Below are positions 36,652-45,472 of a DNA stretch of 64,000 nucleotides, one piece after another. Position 1 is the first letter of the stretch, and each line of letters begins with the position of its first letter. Origin of the DNA: a virus (Duplodnaviria; Caudoviricetes); the IMG/VR virus record IMGVR_UViG_3300029305_001653, positions 1 through 64,000 of that record. One strand, 5' to 3'. Made by a program: the position numbers and the translations under genes. The notes beneath the pieces are model-generated. The model did not search any database. It was given only the letters and a program-made list of their open reading frames with translations, and was not told the origin of the DNA.

Positions 36652-37599
36652 ATGAATTGTATATCTGAGATACTGCAATCTCTCAGAGAAAGTAGGGTCA
36701 GAGAAACTGTATTCGTCTATAAAGGTGCAGAGTATGAGAATAGATATGGGAATTATTATAGAAATCATAAACCTATCTCTAAGAAAGAGTATCATATTGC
36801 TCGGAGAGGGATACTATCTCAGAAAGACACACAAGGTACTATAGAGTATAGATTGAATTTACCTTACAAAGAATTCGCTAAGAAGATAGAGGATTTTCAA
36901 GAATTCATAGATGAGCTAGAGTATGACAAGGAGTACGAATTACCTAGAGAGACAAGAGGTCATCTTCCTAGGATAGATCCTTATGATGAGTATGAGAGAG
37001 TAGCTCAGATCATGGAAGATACTCAGATGTCTAAATTTGAAGCTTCTCAGGTAAATGATATCCTTTCTAGATATACATCTACTGATAGTTATACTACATT
37101 CTCAGATGAAGAAAAAGAGCTGTTAGATACTTACATAGATACTTCACCTATTTACTCTCCTCCTCCTGTATATAGAGGATTAGGGTTTAGAAAAAGATTA
37201 GGAGACGATAGTCTTAGTGGGTATAAATTGTTCTTAGATTTAGAAGAAGGTAGTGTAATTTCCTCTGAGAATTATTCATCTTTCAGTAGTAATCTTGATG
37301 TTGCAGTAGCATTTGCGAGTACTCACGGAGACTATCATGTGTACATCGTTAATACTAAGAATTTGTCTGGAGTAAGTATAGACCATTTATCTTCTATAGA
37401 CTACAATGAAGATGAGTTAATTTACAAAGCTAATACTAATATGACTGTCTTGAAGAAATTAGTGAAAGACAATATAGTTTATCTTCACGTTATAGAGTCT
37501 CCTATAGAAGAAGATTCAGAGGAAGAGATAATAAAAGTACCTCTACAAGGTAGTATGTTTATAGAGGAAGGAAGAAATTATGCGAGAAATCATAGATAG
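36652..37599 (+). CDS. R-S-E type ADP-ribosyltransferase (T4 Alt/Mod-like) with shared leader
   Basis: VYRG, YSSFSS..VA..F, NEDELI (ExE) catalytic motifs. Confidence 0.8.
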   Translation: MNCISEILQSLRESRVRETVFVYKGAEYENRYGNYYRNHKPISKKEYHIARRGILSQKDTQGTIEYRLNLPYKEFAKKIEDFQEFIDELEYDKEYELPRETRGHLPRIDPYDEYERVAQIMEDTQMSKFEASQVNDILSRYTSTDSYTTFSDEEKELLDTYIDTSPIYSPPPVYRGLGFRKRLGDDSLSGYKLFLDLEEGSVISSENYSSFSSNLDVAVAFASTHGDYHVYIVNTKNLSGVSIDHLSSIDYNEDELIYKANTNMTVLKKLVKDNIVYLHVIESPIEEDSEEEIIKVPLQGSMFIEEGRNYARNHR

Positions 37600-38080
37600 A
37601 CTAAGGACTAGTCGTATAGACGAAGCTAGGAAGAAAGTAGCTTTAGAAGCTCTAGCTACAGAGTTAAAAGATAAGTTATCTAAAGTAGAAGGTTACTCTC
37701 ATCATAAATTATCTATATCTCCGAACTACGATGAAGGATGCGTAGATGTACTATTCAGAGGTACTGATGATGCTTTTAGAGTATACCCTCAGAAGACTAA
37801 GATCTCTAATGAGAATTCTAATAAAGTAATATCTGTATCTTCTATAGATGGAGCTTATATATTAGGTACTAAAGTATATGATGAGGAAGGTAATTTGTTA
37901 GGAGAAGCTTTAGTAAGAACAAAAGCTGTACATAACAAATCAGATTACTCTGAGGACTTAACAAAAGCTGAGTATCGTTTTAATTCTAAGATTACTAATC
38001 TTCAGAAGTTAGAAAAGTATATAGCTAGGGAAGCTATTAATAATATGGAAAAGAACTCTAGAAAGAGAAGGGATTCTTAG
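37580..38080 (+). CDS. Hypothetical protein with shared leader
   Basis: MREIIDRLRTSRIDEA. Confidence 0.65.
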   Translation: MREIIDRLRTSRIDEARKKVALEALATELKDKLSKVEGYSHHKLSISPNYDEGCVDVLFRGTDDAFRVYPQKTKISNENSNKVISVSSIDGAYILGTKVYDEEGNLLGEALVRTKAVHNKSDYSEDLTKAEYRFNSKITNLQKLEKYIAREAINNMEKNSRKRRDS

Positions 38081-38107
38081 TTGTATCACGTATTATAATA
38101 ATGTAAG
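38069..38107 (+). promoter_or_regulatory. Class-1 promoter, copy 12
   Basis: AGGGATT-N12-ACGTATTATAATAATGTAAG. Confidence 0.85.
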
Positions 38108-38139
38108 GGAAACCTTATAATAATAAAAGGAGAGATAAT

Positions 38140-38442
38140 ATGTATATTGAACCTACAAAAGAAGTAAAAGAAGGCTCTATTTTTGATATTCATGAAGATG
38201 CTATGGATATATTACTCTATCCTGCTAGTGAAGACGTACCCTGTCCTTGGGATGCAGATATCATTATCAAAGATGGAGAAGTTATCCTCTCTGGAGGACT
38301 AGGACCTGGATTCTTCGGAGGAGCTAAATGTATCTGTAATTGTACTATAGGTAGATTTTCTCAGTTCTACAAGTTAGAGGTACCTGAAGATAATGAAGAA
38401 CTTATTGATGCTTTAACTTCTGCAGGATGGGAAGTAGTGTAA
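38140..38442 (+). CDS. Hypothetical moron-like gene
   Basis: Has its own promoter and terminator inside the head module. Confidence 0.7.
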   Translation: MYIEPTKEVKEGSIFDIHEDAMDILLYPASEDVPCPWDADIIIKDGEVILSGGLGPGFFGGAKCICNCTIGRFSQFYKLEVPEDNEELIDALTSAGWEVV

Positions 38443-38455
38443 TTCATGTCGATAT

Positions 38456-38488
38456 AAAAGAAGAGTATCAGATACTCTTCTTTTATTT
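38456..38488 (+). terminator. Rho-independent terminator
   Basis: AAAAGAAGAGTATC/GATACTCTTCTTTT. Confidence 0.75.
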
Positions 38489-38502
38489 AAGAAGGAGTGA
38501 TA

Positions 38503-38877
38503 TTGTTGACTATAGAAGAAAAGATTAAAGAAGCGTTCAAGAAAGATAAGTTACTGAAGGAAGCTTCTAAGTGGGATCCTGAAACTCATCCTAATATCTA
38601 TGAATTATCTAATTTCCTGAGGAAGTCAGGATACAAACTAGTAGATATTATCCCTCAGAATACTGAACTATTAATAGAACCTGTAGAGAAAACATATATG
38701 TATCCTGAGATATTACATGACGTACCTACTAAGAGTTTTCATATAAAAGTAGTAGAACATGGATTCTTGGTATCCTCCGATGTAGAGAGTGTAATATCAG
38801 GGTATGAAAATGCTCTAGGAGTAGTACGTCATCTTGAAGCTCTAGATCTTGACAAATTAGAAATTGAAGAGGAGTAG
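38503..38877 (+). CDS. Hypothetical protein with leader
   Basis: TIEEKIKEAFKKDKLLKEAS; RBS AAGGAG. Confidence 0.6.
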   Translation: MLTIEEKIKEAFKKDKLLKEASKWDPETHPNIYELSNFLRKSGYKLVDIIPQNTELLIEPVEKTYMYPEILHDVPTKSFHIKVVEHGFLVSSDVESVISGYENALGVVRHLEALDLDKLEIEEE

Positions 38878-38952
38878 TTACTACTATACTACTTCCTAGC
38901 ATAGCAGATAAGAAAACCATTCACGTAAGTAAAGAAATAAAGGAGGTGAGGA

Positions 38953-40641
38953 GTGAAGATGGGATTATTCAGTAAATCTAAGAAGCCTACTCAATCAAAC
39001 TCTCTCCCTGATGAAGCTTCTCTTCTGAAATATATAGCTAATCTGACTCCTGAAGATATAGATCTTCTGAAAGATGCAGCTATCAATAGATACAATGTAA
39101 ACCCTGAAGAGAGAAGTAAATCTTTAACAGATTATTTTAATCTGTTAAATTCTGTATTTAACAATGTTAATTTCAACTCTACAGGAAATACTCCTCATAC
39201 TAGAAATCAAAGGTATGAGATATATGATGAGATGGATGAGAGTACAGCGTATATCTCTTCTGCACTAGATATCCTTTCTGATGACGCTACACAAGCAGAT
39301 GAAGAAGGTATTATCATACATATTAAGTCTGAGTCAGCTAAGATACAGACTTTAGTCTCTGAATTCTTCGAAGAATTCGAGATAGAAGATAAAATATCTA
39401 AGTGGACAAGAGCAGTTGCGAAGTACGGAGATCTATTCATCAAGGTAGGAGGAGAGTACGGAAGAGGAGTAACTCATGTTAATGATACTATCTATCCTAG
39501 TATCATTGAACGTAGAGATCTGAATGGTAAATTAGTAGCTTTTTCTAATAGTCAAGATTCTGTCTACTCTAATACAGACTTGTACGCTCCTTGGGAGTTC
39601 ATACATTTTAGACACAAGGGAGATATCTATAAGGAAGAGAGTACTCATACACGACTAGGGAATAATGATGATACATTCGATAAGAATTTAACATCTGCGT
39701 ATGGACAGTCTATACTACGTCCAGCTATAAAAGTATACGCTCAGTTAAGATTCGTCGAGAATATGATTCTTCTTTCTCGATTGACTAATAGTATTCGTAG
39801 AAATATATTTTTAATCAATGTAGGAGATGTATCTCCTGATAAAGCTTTTGAGACTATATCTAATTATGCTCGATTATTAAAAAAGGATATTAATTTAAAT
39901 ATTGAAGAAGGTATATACTCATCTTCCAAGCATACTGTAAATTATGATGAAGATATCTTCATTCCTGTAGGAGATCCTCAGAATGATGTACGTATAGAGT
40001 CTGTAGGAGGAGAAGTTAATATACAGGAGCAGTATGATTTAGAGTACCTACTAAATAAATTATTTTCTGCATTAAAAGTCCCTAAAGCTTATCTGAACTA
40101 TGAACAAGATCTAAATGCAAGATCTACTCTCATACAATTAGATATACGATATGCAAGATCAGTAAGTCAGTTACAGACTACTATGACTGCAGGATTACGT
40201 AGATTAGTTAAGATTCATTTAGCTTATCTAGGACTGAACCCAGATGAAGTAGATTTAGATATCACATTGACTCCTGTCTCTGCTATAGATGAAGAAGCTA
40301 GAGCAGAACAGCAGCAAAAACAGATATCTAATGCAAGAGACATGTGGGACGTATTAACTTCTATGAGAGATGGTATAGGAGAGACTGCAGAGCCTATGAA
40401 TATATCAGAAGCTGCAGAGCATATTATGAGTAAGTACCTTGAGTTAGACAAGTCTATTATAGATAAAATCTTTAATAGAGAGTCTGATATAAATCCTCCT
40501 ACTAGAGTATTCAGTCATAGAGAGTATAGAGGTACAGACTATAATGCTATGTATCCGTCTACTAGCAATCAGGAAAGATATGAGCAAATTAGAGAGTCTT
40601 TAATAGACTCTAAAATTAATAATACAGAACAAATTCACTAA
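38953..40641 (+). CDS. Portal protein (T4 gp20-like)
   Basis: Y..YDEMD..ISSALDILSDDA, KYGD.F, FIHFR, YGQSIL, R..F.INVG, EDIFIP, KLFSALKVPKAYL, DIRYAR. Confidence 0.93.
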   Translation: MKMGLFSKSKKPTQSNSLPDEASLLKYIANLTPEDIDLLKDAAINRYNVNPEERSKSLTDYFNLLNSVFNNVNFNSTGNTPHTRNQRYEIYDEMDESTAYISSALDILSDDATQADEEGIIIHIKSESAKIQTLVSEFFEEFEIEDKISKWTRAVAKYGDLFIKVGGEYGRGVTHVNDTIYPSIIERRDLNGKLVAFSNSQDSVYSNTDLYAPWEFIHFRHKGDIYKEESTHTRLGNNDDTFDKNLTSAYGQSILRPAIKVYAQLRFVENMILLSRLTNSIRRNIFLINVGDVSPDKAFETISNYARLLKKDINLNIEEGIYSSSKHTVNYDEDIFIPVGDPQNDVRIESVGGEVNIQEQYDLEYLLNKLFSALKVPKAYLNYEQDLNARSTLIQLDIRYARSVSQLQTTMTAGLRRLVKIHLAYLGLNPDEVDLDITLTPVSAIDEEARAEQQQKQISNARDMWDVLTSMRDGIGETAEPMNISEAAEHIMSKYLELDKSIIDKIFNRESDINPPTRVFSHREYRGTDYNAMYPSTSNQERYEQIRESLIDSKINNTEQIH

Positions 40642-40670
40642 AGACTTTTAGAGAAGAGAGGTAAAATTCG

Positions 40671-42245
40671 ATGAGACGTAATAAACTTTTAGAATCTTTG
40701 AGTGCTAAATCTCAGGAGAATACAATGTTCAGAAGATATAATCTATCTGAGATTATATCTGAGAGTTACAAGACTCTCTACGATAGTGAGAGAGGATCTA
40801 ATCTCCAGAAGCTAGTAGAAGCACATCTCGAAGATGTAAGGAACAATCCTACAGATATTGATAGACTTTCTCGTCAGTTATGCAATCTAAAATATTTATC
40901 GATGATGGTAGAGTCTAAAAAGATGGAGGATGAAGAGCTTTTAGTCCCTGAAGAGGAGTATAGTAAAGTAGTTCCTGACGAGACTATAGAAGAGTCGAAA
41001 GAGGCAGAAGAGAAAGAGGTAGTAGAGGAAAATGACAAAACAGTTGCAGGAGATATAGAACTCTCTGATGAAGAATTAGAGGAATTAGCTAAGCATCTAG
41101 AAGAGATTCGTAAGAATAAGAAAACTAATGAGTCTTCTAGACCTCGTAGATTGAAGAAGTTAGGAGAAGCAGAGGTCTCAGGGTATACCTGGGATAGTGA
41201 GTGGTCTAAAGAATATGGACTCTCTGGACGTACAAAGTATTATATCAATAGAGGAGAATCTCTTGATAATCAGATTATAGGTACTATTTATGAGCCTGAT
41301 GGTGAAGAGTTTTTAGACTACGGTGTTGATATCTACGATACTCGTAAAAATGATATATTAGCAGGTACAGGTTATGATGAAGATGCTAATAGTTTTAGTT
41401 CGGAAGAAGAAGCTAAAAGATGGGTAGAGAATTGGTTCTCTAAAAATCTGAAAGAATCTTCTAGACCTCGTAGATTGAAGAGAACTAATGAATCTTCTTC
41501 ATGGGATAGAATTCCCTTGACTGAGTTCAAGAAGAAGTCGGCTACTAAGGCTTTCGTGAAGACATTCAGAAAGCTAGATAGTAAATTGCGTGAAGGTGCA
41601 GCACTAACTCGTCAAGAGTCTATTGCTCTTTATAAAGCAGCTAATTCTGCTATGACTCAACTCTCCGTAGAGTTAGAATACAATCCTGAATTCCTTAATA
41701 CATTCAGAGAATCTACACAGCTCCTTTCTGTAGATGTATCTAAGTTATTAGGTAGCTTAATGGAAGGTAAAGCTCCTAGTAAAGCTACTATGAAGTCTTT
41801 AGCTAAATTCTCTGAAGCTCTCCTCTATGAAGAGGAAGAAGAGGAGTTACCTCCTATCGAAGACGAAGATGTTAATTCCTCTGAAGAGTCTGAGGAGTTT
41901 GATCAGGAGTATGCAGAGGCGAGAGTAGAGTTACATAAAGAGTTAGCTAAAGAACATGAAGATTCTGAAGATCCTGATGTCCAAGAGAAACTCTCTCAGG
42001 ATGCAGAGGAAGTAACATCTTTACCTGGAATCACTGAGGAGCAAGTTGCTGAGATCGTAGGAGAAGAAGAATCAGAAGAAGAAGAAGCTCCTGTAGAAGA
42101 TGAATCTGACTCAGAGCTAGAAGAGGAAGAAGATATTACAGATGAGGAATTAGCTGCTCTCAAGAAACATCTCAAAGAGATGAGAGACACTAAGAAGAAT
42201 CCTGTAGAAGAGTCTACTAAACCTCGTAAATTACTTAAGAGGTAA
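40671..42245 (+). CDS. Acidic prohead core/scaffold-like internal protein
   Basis: Between portal and protease; Glu-rich; many (I/L/V)xE sites; internal repeats. Confidence 0.6.
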   Translation: MRRNKLLESLSAKSQENTMFRRYNLSEIISESYKTLYDSERGSNLQKLVEAHLEDVRNNPTDIDRLSRQLCNLKYLSMMVESKKMEDEELLVPEEEYSKVVPDETIEESKEAEEKEVVEENDKTVAGDIELSDEELEELAKHLEEIRKNKKTNESSRPRRLKKLGEAEVSGYTWDSEWSKEYGLSGRTKYYINRGESLDNQIIGTIYEPDGEEFLDYGVDIYDTRKNDILAGTGYDEDANSFSSEEEAKRWVENWFSKNLKESSRPRRLKRTNESSSWDRIPLTEFKKKSATKAFVKTFRKLDSKLREGAALTRQESIALYKAANSAMTQLSVELEYNPEFLNTFRESTQLLSVDVSKLLGSLMEGKAPSKATMKSLAKFSEALLYEEEEEELPPIEDEDVNSSEESEEFDQEYAEARVELHKELAKEHEDSEDPDVQEKLSQDAEEVTSLPGITEEQVAEIVGEEESEEEEAPVEDESDSELEEEEDITDEELAALKKHLKEMRDTKKNPVEESTKPRKLLKR

Positions 42246-42256
42246 GTAAGAGGAGT

Positions 42257-42643
42257 ATGGAGTATATAGTTAGGCGTCTAATAGAGTCTCGTAGACTCGA
42301 AGAAGCTAGAGGAGATACGACATTAAGACAAACTCTTGAGATATTAGCTGATGAATTTAATATAGAGAATTATGACTCTACTATAGAGTACTGCCTTCAT
42401 CATAAAAATGGTAACCATGATGAAAATAAGTTATACAATCTAGTACTTATGCCTAGTAGACGTCACAATAGTTATCATACTAAACTCAATCGTAGAGGTA
42501 TAGATAAACAGTCTAAAGAAGCTCTAGAACTCTTCGATAAAGAGTATGCAAACGACTGTGTATTCGTAGGAGAATTTCTTTACAGTAAGTTGATATTAGC
42601 TACTCAAGAAGTAAAAACAGCAGATAGTGAATGTCTAGAATAA
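42257..42643 (+). CDS. HNH-motif protein with shared leader
   Basis: LHHKNGNHDENKLYNLVLM..RHNSYH; leader MEYIVRRLIESRRLEEA. Confidence 0.75.
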   Translation: MEYIVRRLIESRRLEEARGDTTLRQTLEILADEFNIENYDSTIEYCLHHKNGNHDENKLYNLVLMPSRRHNSYHTKLNRRGIDKQSKEALELFDKEYANDCVFVGEFLYSKLILATQEVKTADSECLE

Positions 42644-42657
42644 GATAATACTCTTTG

Positions 42658-42695
42658 ATACTGAGTGTAGTCAGTACTACACTCAGTATTTCTTT
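42658..42695 (+). terminator. Hairpin terminator
   Basis: ATACTGAGTGTAGT/ACTACACTCAGTAT followed by TTCTTT. Confidence 0.65.
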
Positions 42696-42744
42696 AGATA
42701 TTTATAATAATACACATAATTAACAAGAAATGAGGTGAAACTCT

Positions 42745-43860
42745 TTGCAGCTTGTAGAAAAATCTATAGGTCCTTTATCAACTCAAGGAAAGAAAATCTT
42801 ATCAGGACTTTTTGCTGAGCTAGGTACACTTAATCAAAATGGCAGACGCTATCCTGATGACATATACGAATCTGCGTATGAAGAGTTGATACCAAAGATA
42901 AAAGATAAAAGATTGTTAGGTGAATTAGATCACCCTGTAGACTACGATGAAGTTAGATTATCTAATGTTTCTCATGTCATTACAGACTGTGAGATTCTAG
43001 AAGATCAAGGAGTCAAGAAAGTATATGGCTCTGTCGAATTATTAGATACTCCAGCTGGATTGATAGCTCAGTCTTTAGTAGAAGCAGGTATTCCTTTAGG
43101 CATCTCTTCTAGAGGAGTAGGCTCTACAAGACAAGTAAGAGATGGAGTAGAAGTTACTGACTTAAAACTTATCACTTATGATTTAGTAGCTGATCCGTCA
43201 TTTGCTAATGCGGTACTTTCTCCAGATCAGTCTAAAAAATTATCAGATAGTCTAGAATACATTGAGTCTAAACTACCTCTAAATGAATCTTTAGAGCATA
43301 ATAGCATAAGAGATATGATACATAATATTCGTGAATCTCTCATTAGTAAGAAGACTACTCCTACTAAAGAGATTAGTATAAATAAAGCAGAGACTGATAA
43401 TCTAAAAAGATTATTAGAGACTGCAGAGTCTACTATTAAATCAGATACAGAGAAGATGATAGAGTCTCGTAAAGAGATTAAATCTTTGAGAAGAGAGCTC
43501 ATGAGTGCTAATAAGAAGTATGAAAGCTTATTAGAAAATATGTTTAATCTACAAGAAGATTATAATAGATTGAAAGAAGCCTCTACCTATAAAGAAAAGA
43601 TTAATTCTCTTGAGCTAGAAATCGTAGAGCTAAGAAAAAATTTAGCTGTTGAAAAGAGAGGTATGTCGTACTCTCAAGTATCTGAATTACTAGAAGGAGC
43701 TAATACTATAGATGAAATCGAGAATAGACTGAATTCTCTATCTTCTGTAGGACGGAAACGTCAGACTACCATCAATATACAGTCTAATACTTTGACTGAG
43801 AGTACTAAGACTGAAAATCCTAGATTGTCTGGATTAGCTGCTATAGTATCTAGAGTTTAG
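42745..43860 (+). CDS. Prohead protease (T4 gp21-like) with C-terminal coiled-coil scaffold-like region
   Basis: NQNGRRYP, LGELDHP, VSHVI, LDTPAG, GISSRGVGS, TYDLVADPS. Confidence 0.93.
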   Translation: MQLVEKSIGPLSTQGKKILSGLFAELGTLNQNGRRYPDDIYESAYEELIPKIKDKRLLGELDHPVDYDEVRLSNVSHVITDCEILEDQGVKKVYGSVELLDTPAGLIAQSLVEAGIPLGISSRGVGSTRQVRDGVEVTDLKLITYDLVADPSFANAVLSPDQSKKLSDSLEYIESKLPLNESLEHNSIRDMIHNIRESLISKKTTPTKEISINKAETDNLKRLLETAESTIKSDTEKMIESRKEIKSLRRELMSANKKYESLLENMFNLQEDYNRLKEASTYKEKINSLELEIVELRKNLAVEKRGMSYSQVSELLEGANTIDEIENRLNSLSSVGRKRQTTINIQSNTLTESTKTENPRLSGLAAIVSRV

Positions 43861-43880
43861 TTAATTAGGAGGATATTTTA

Positions 43881-45386
43881 ATGAAGTTCAATAATAACAA
43901 GACTCTCGCTGAGAGTGTAATTATGAGAGGTCTTGATCTCTCTGAGTCTCGTAGATGGAAAGACTACACAACTGCTATCCGTGAAGGTTACAAGCAGAAG
44001 CACAAGTCTTCTATTCCGGACAATATCATCGCTACTACTGCTACTCTTCTTGAGAATACTTATCAGTATGCAGCTCGTATGGATGAAACAACTAGAGCAG
44101 TAAATCTCGGTACTTTCATCGACTATGGTTTCGATGTTATCTCCGCTACTGTTCCTAACCTTATCGCTCATGATATCGTATCCGTTCAGCCTATGAACGC
44201 TAAGCATGGTGCTATCTTCTATCTCCAGTACCTCTACGGTAACAACAAGGGTACTATCACTGCAGGTACTGAGATGAATTCTCCGTTCACTGGTATCAAT
44301 GGTAACTCCTTCAACTTCTCTAATGACGTAGTTGATGGTGAGTCCATTGGTCTTGGTGATGGTGCTACTACATCTTTCTCTACTACATTAGGTTACACTC
44401 CTGTACGTTCAGGTGCTACTGTAATTTATGTAGGCGGTGTTGAAGTTGCTAGAGTAGTTAGCTCTGCAAATGGTGTAGATACACTCGCAGCAATCGCTGG
44501 TTCTGGTGTATCGGGTACTGTAAACTTAGCTACTGGTGAAATTTCTCTTACTCTTGCAAATGCTCCTGCAGCAGATGCAGCAATCACTGCAGTTTATCGT
44601 TATGATATGGATCTAACTACTGTAGGTTACTCTCAGGTAGATCTTGATCTCGCTTCTATCTCTCTTGAAGCATTCCCGAGAAAGCTTCGTGCTCGTTGGC
44701 TCCTTGATGCTGGCTTCGAACTTCAGAAGATGAAGGGTATCGATGCTGAGTCTGAACTTGTTACTGCTATGAGCAATGAGATCAAGTTTGAAATCGATGG
44801 TGAGCTTCTCAAGGAACTCTATGCTAAGGCTGCTTGGACTGGATTCACTTGGGACTGCCAGATGCCTGGTAATCAGCTTAGCTACATGGAATACAAGCGT
44901 ACTATTATCGATCTCTTTACTGAAATGAGTAATAAGATCTTCACTGGTACAAAGCGTGTAGGTGCAAACTTCATTGTAGCTGGTGTTAATGTATGTAATA
45001 TCATTGAGACACTTCCTGAGTTCTCTGCTGATAACCTTGGTACTAAGTCTATCAATGGTCCTCACAAGATCGGTCGTCTCTCTAACAAGTGGGATGTTTA
45101 CAAGAATCCGTTCTACAATGACAACAACTTCGTACTTGGTTACAAGGGTAGCTCTTGGTTAGATGCTGGTTTCGTATACGCTCCTTACATGCCTCTCTAC
45201 GCTACTCCGACTCAGGTACTTGATGACTTCATCTTCCGTAAGGGTCTTGCTACTTCTTATGGTCAGGTGATGCTCAACAACAAGCTCTATGCTAAGGGTA
45301 GTATTACTAACTTCACTGCATCTCGTATGGTTAGTGATGCACTCACTGTTTCTCCTGCAGAAGGCTCTATCTGGGCTAATGCTTAA
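43881..45386 (+). CDS. Major capsid protein (T4 gp23-like)
   Basis: PNLIAHDIVSVQPM, RKLRARW, EI..EIDGE, GYKG...LDAGFVYAPYMPL; highly biased codon usage. Confidence 0.96.
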   Translation: MKFNNNKTLAESVIMRGLDLSESRRWKDYTTAIREGYKQKHKSSIPDNIIATTATLLENTYQYAARMDETTRAVNLGTFIDYGFDVISATVPNLIAHDIVSVQPMNAKHGAIFYLQYLYGNNKGTITAGTEMNSPFTGINGNSFNFSNDVVDGESIGLGDGATTSFSTTLGYTPVRSGATVIYVGGVEVARVVSSANGVDTLAAIAGSGVSGTVNLATGEISLTLANAPAADAAITAVYRYDMDLTTVGYSQVDLDLASISLEAFPRKLRARWLLDAGFELQKMKGIDAESELVTAMSNEIKFEIDGELLKELYAKAAWTGFTWDCQMPGNQLSYMEYKRTIIDLFTEMSNKIFTGTKRVGANFIVAGVNVCNIIETLPEFSADNLGTKSINGPHKIGRLSNKWDVYKNPFYNDNNFVLGYKGSSWLDAGFVYAPYMPLYATPTQVLDDFIFRKGLATSYGQVMLNNKLYAKGSITNFTASRMVSDALTVSPAEGSIWANA

Positions 45387-45415
45387 TCTCTAGAGAATAG
45401 AGTATATACTGAGTA

Positions 45416-45443
45416 AGGGAGGAGGAGGAATCCTCCTCCCTTT
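45416..45443 (+). terminator. Terminator after the major capsid gene
   Basis: AGGGAGGAGGA/TCCTCCTCCCT stem plus TT. Confidence 0.65.
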
Positions 45444-45472
45444 ATACATTTATAGAAAGATGAGGTGATCGT

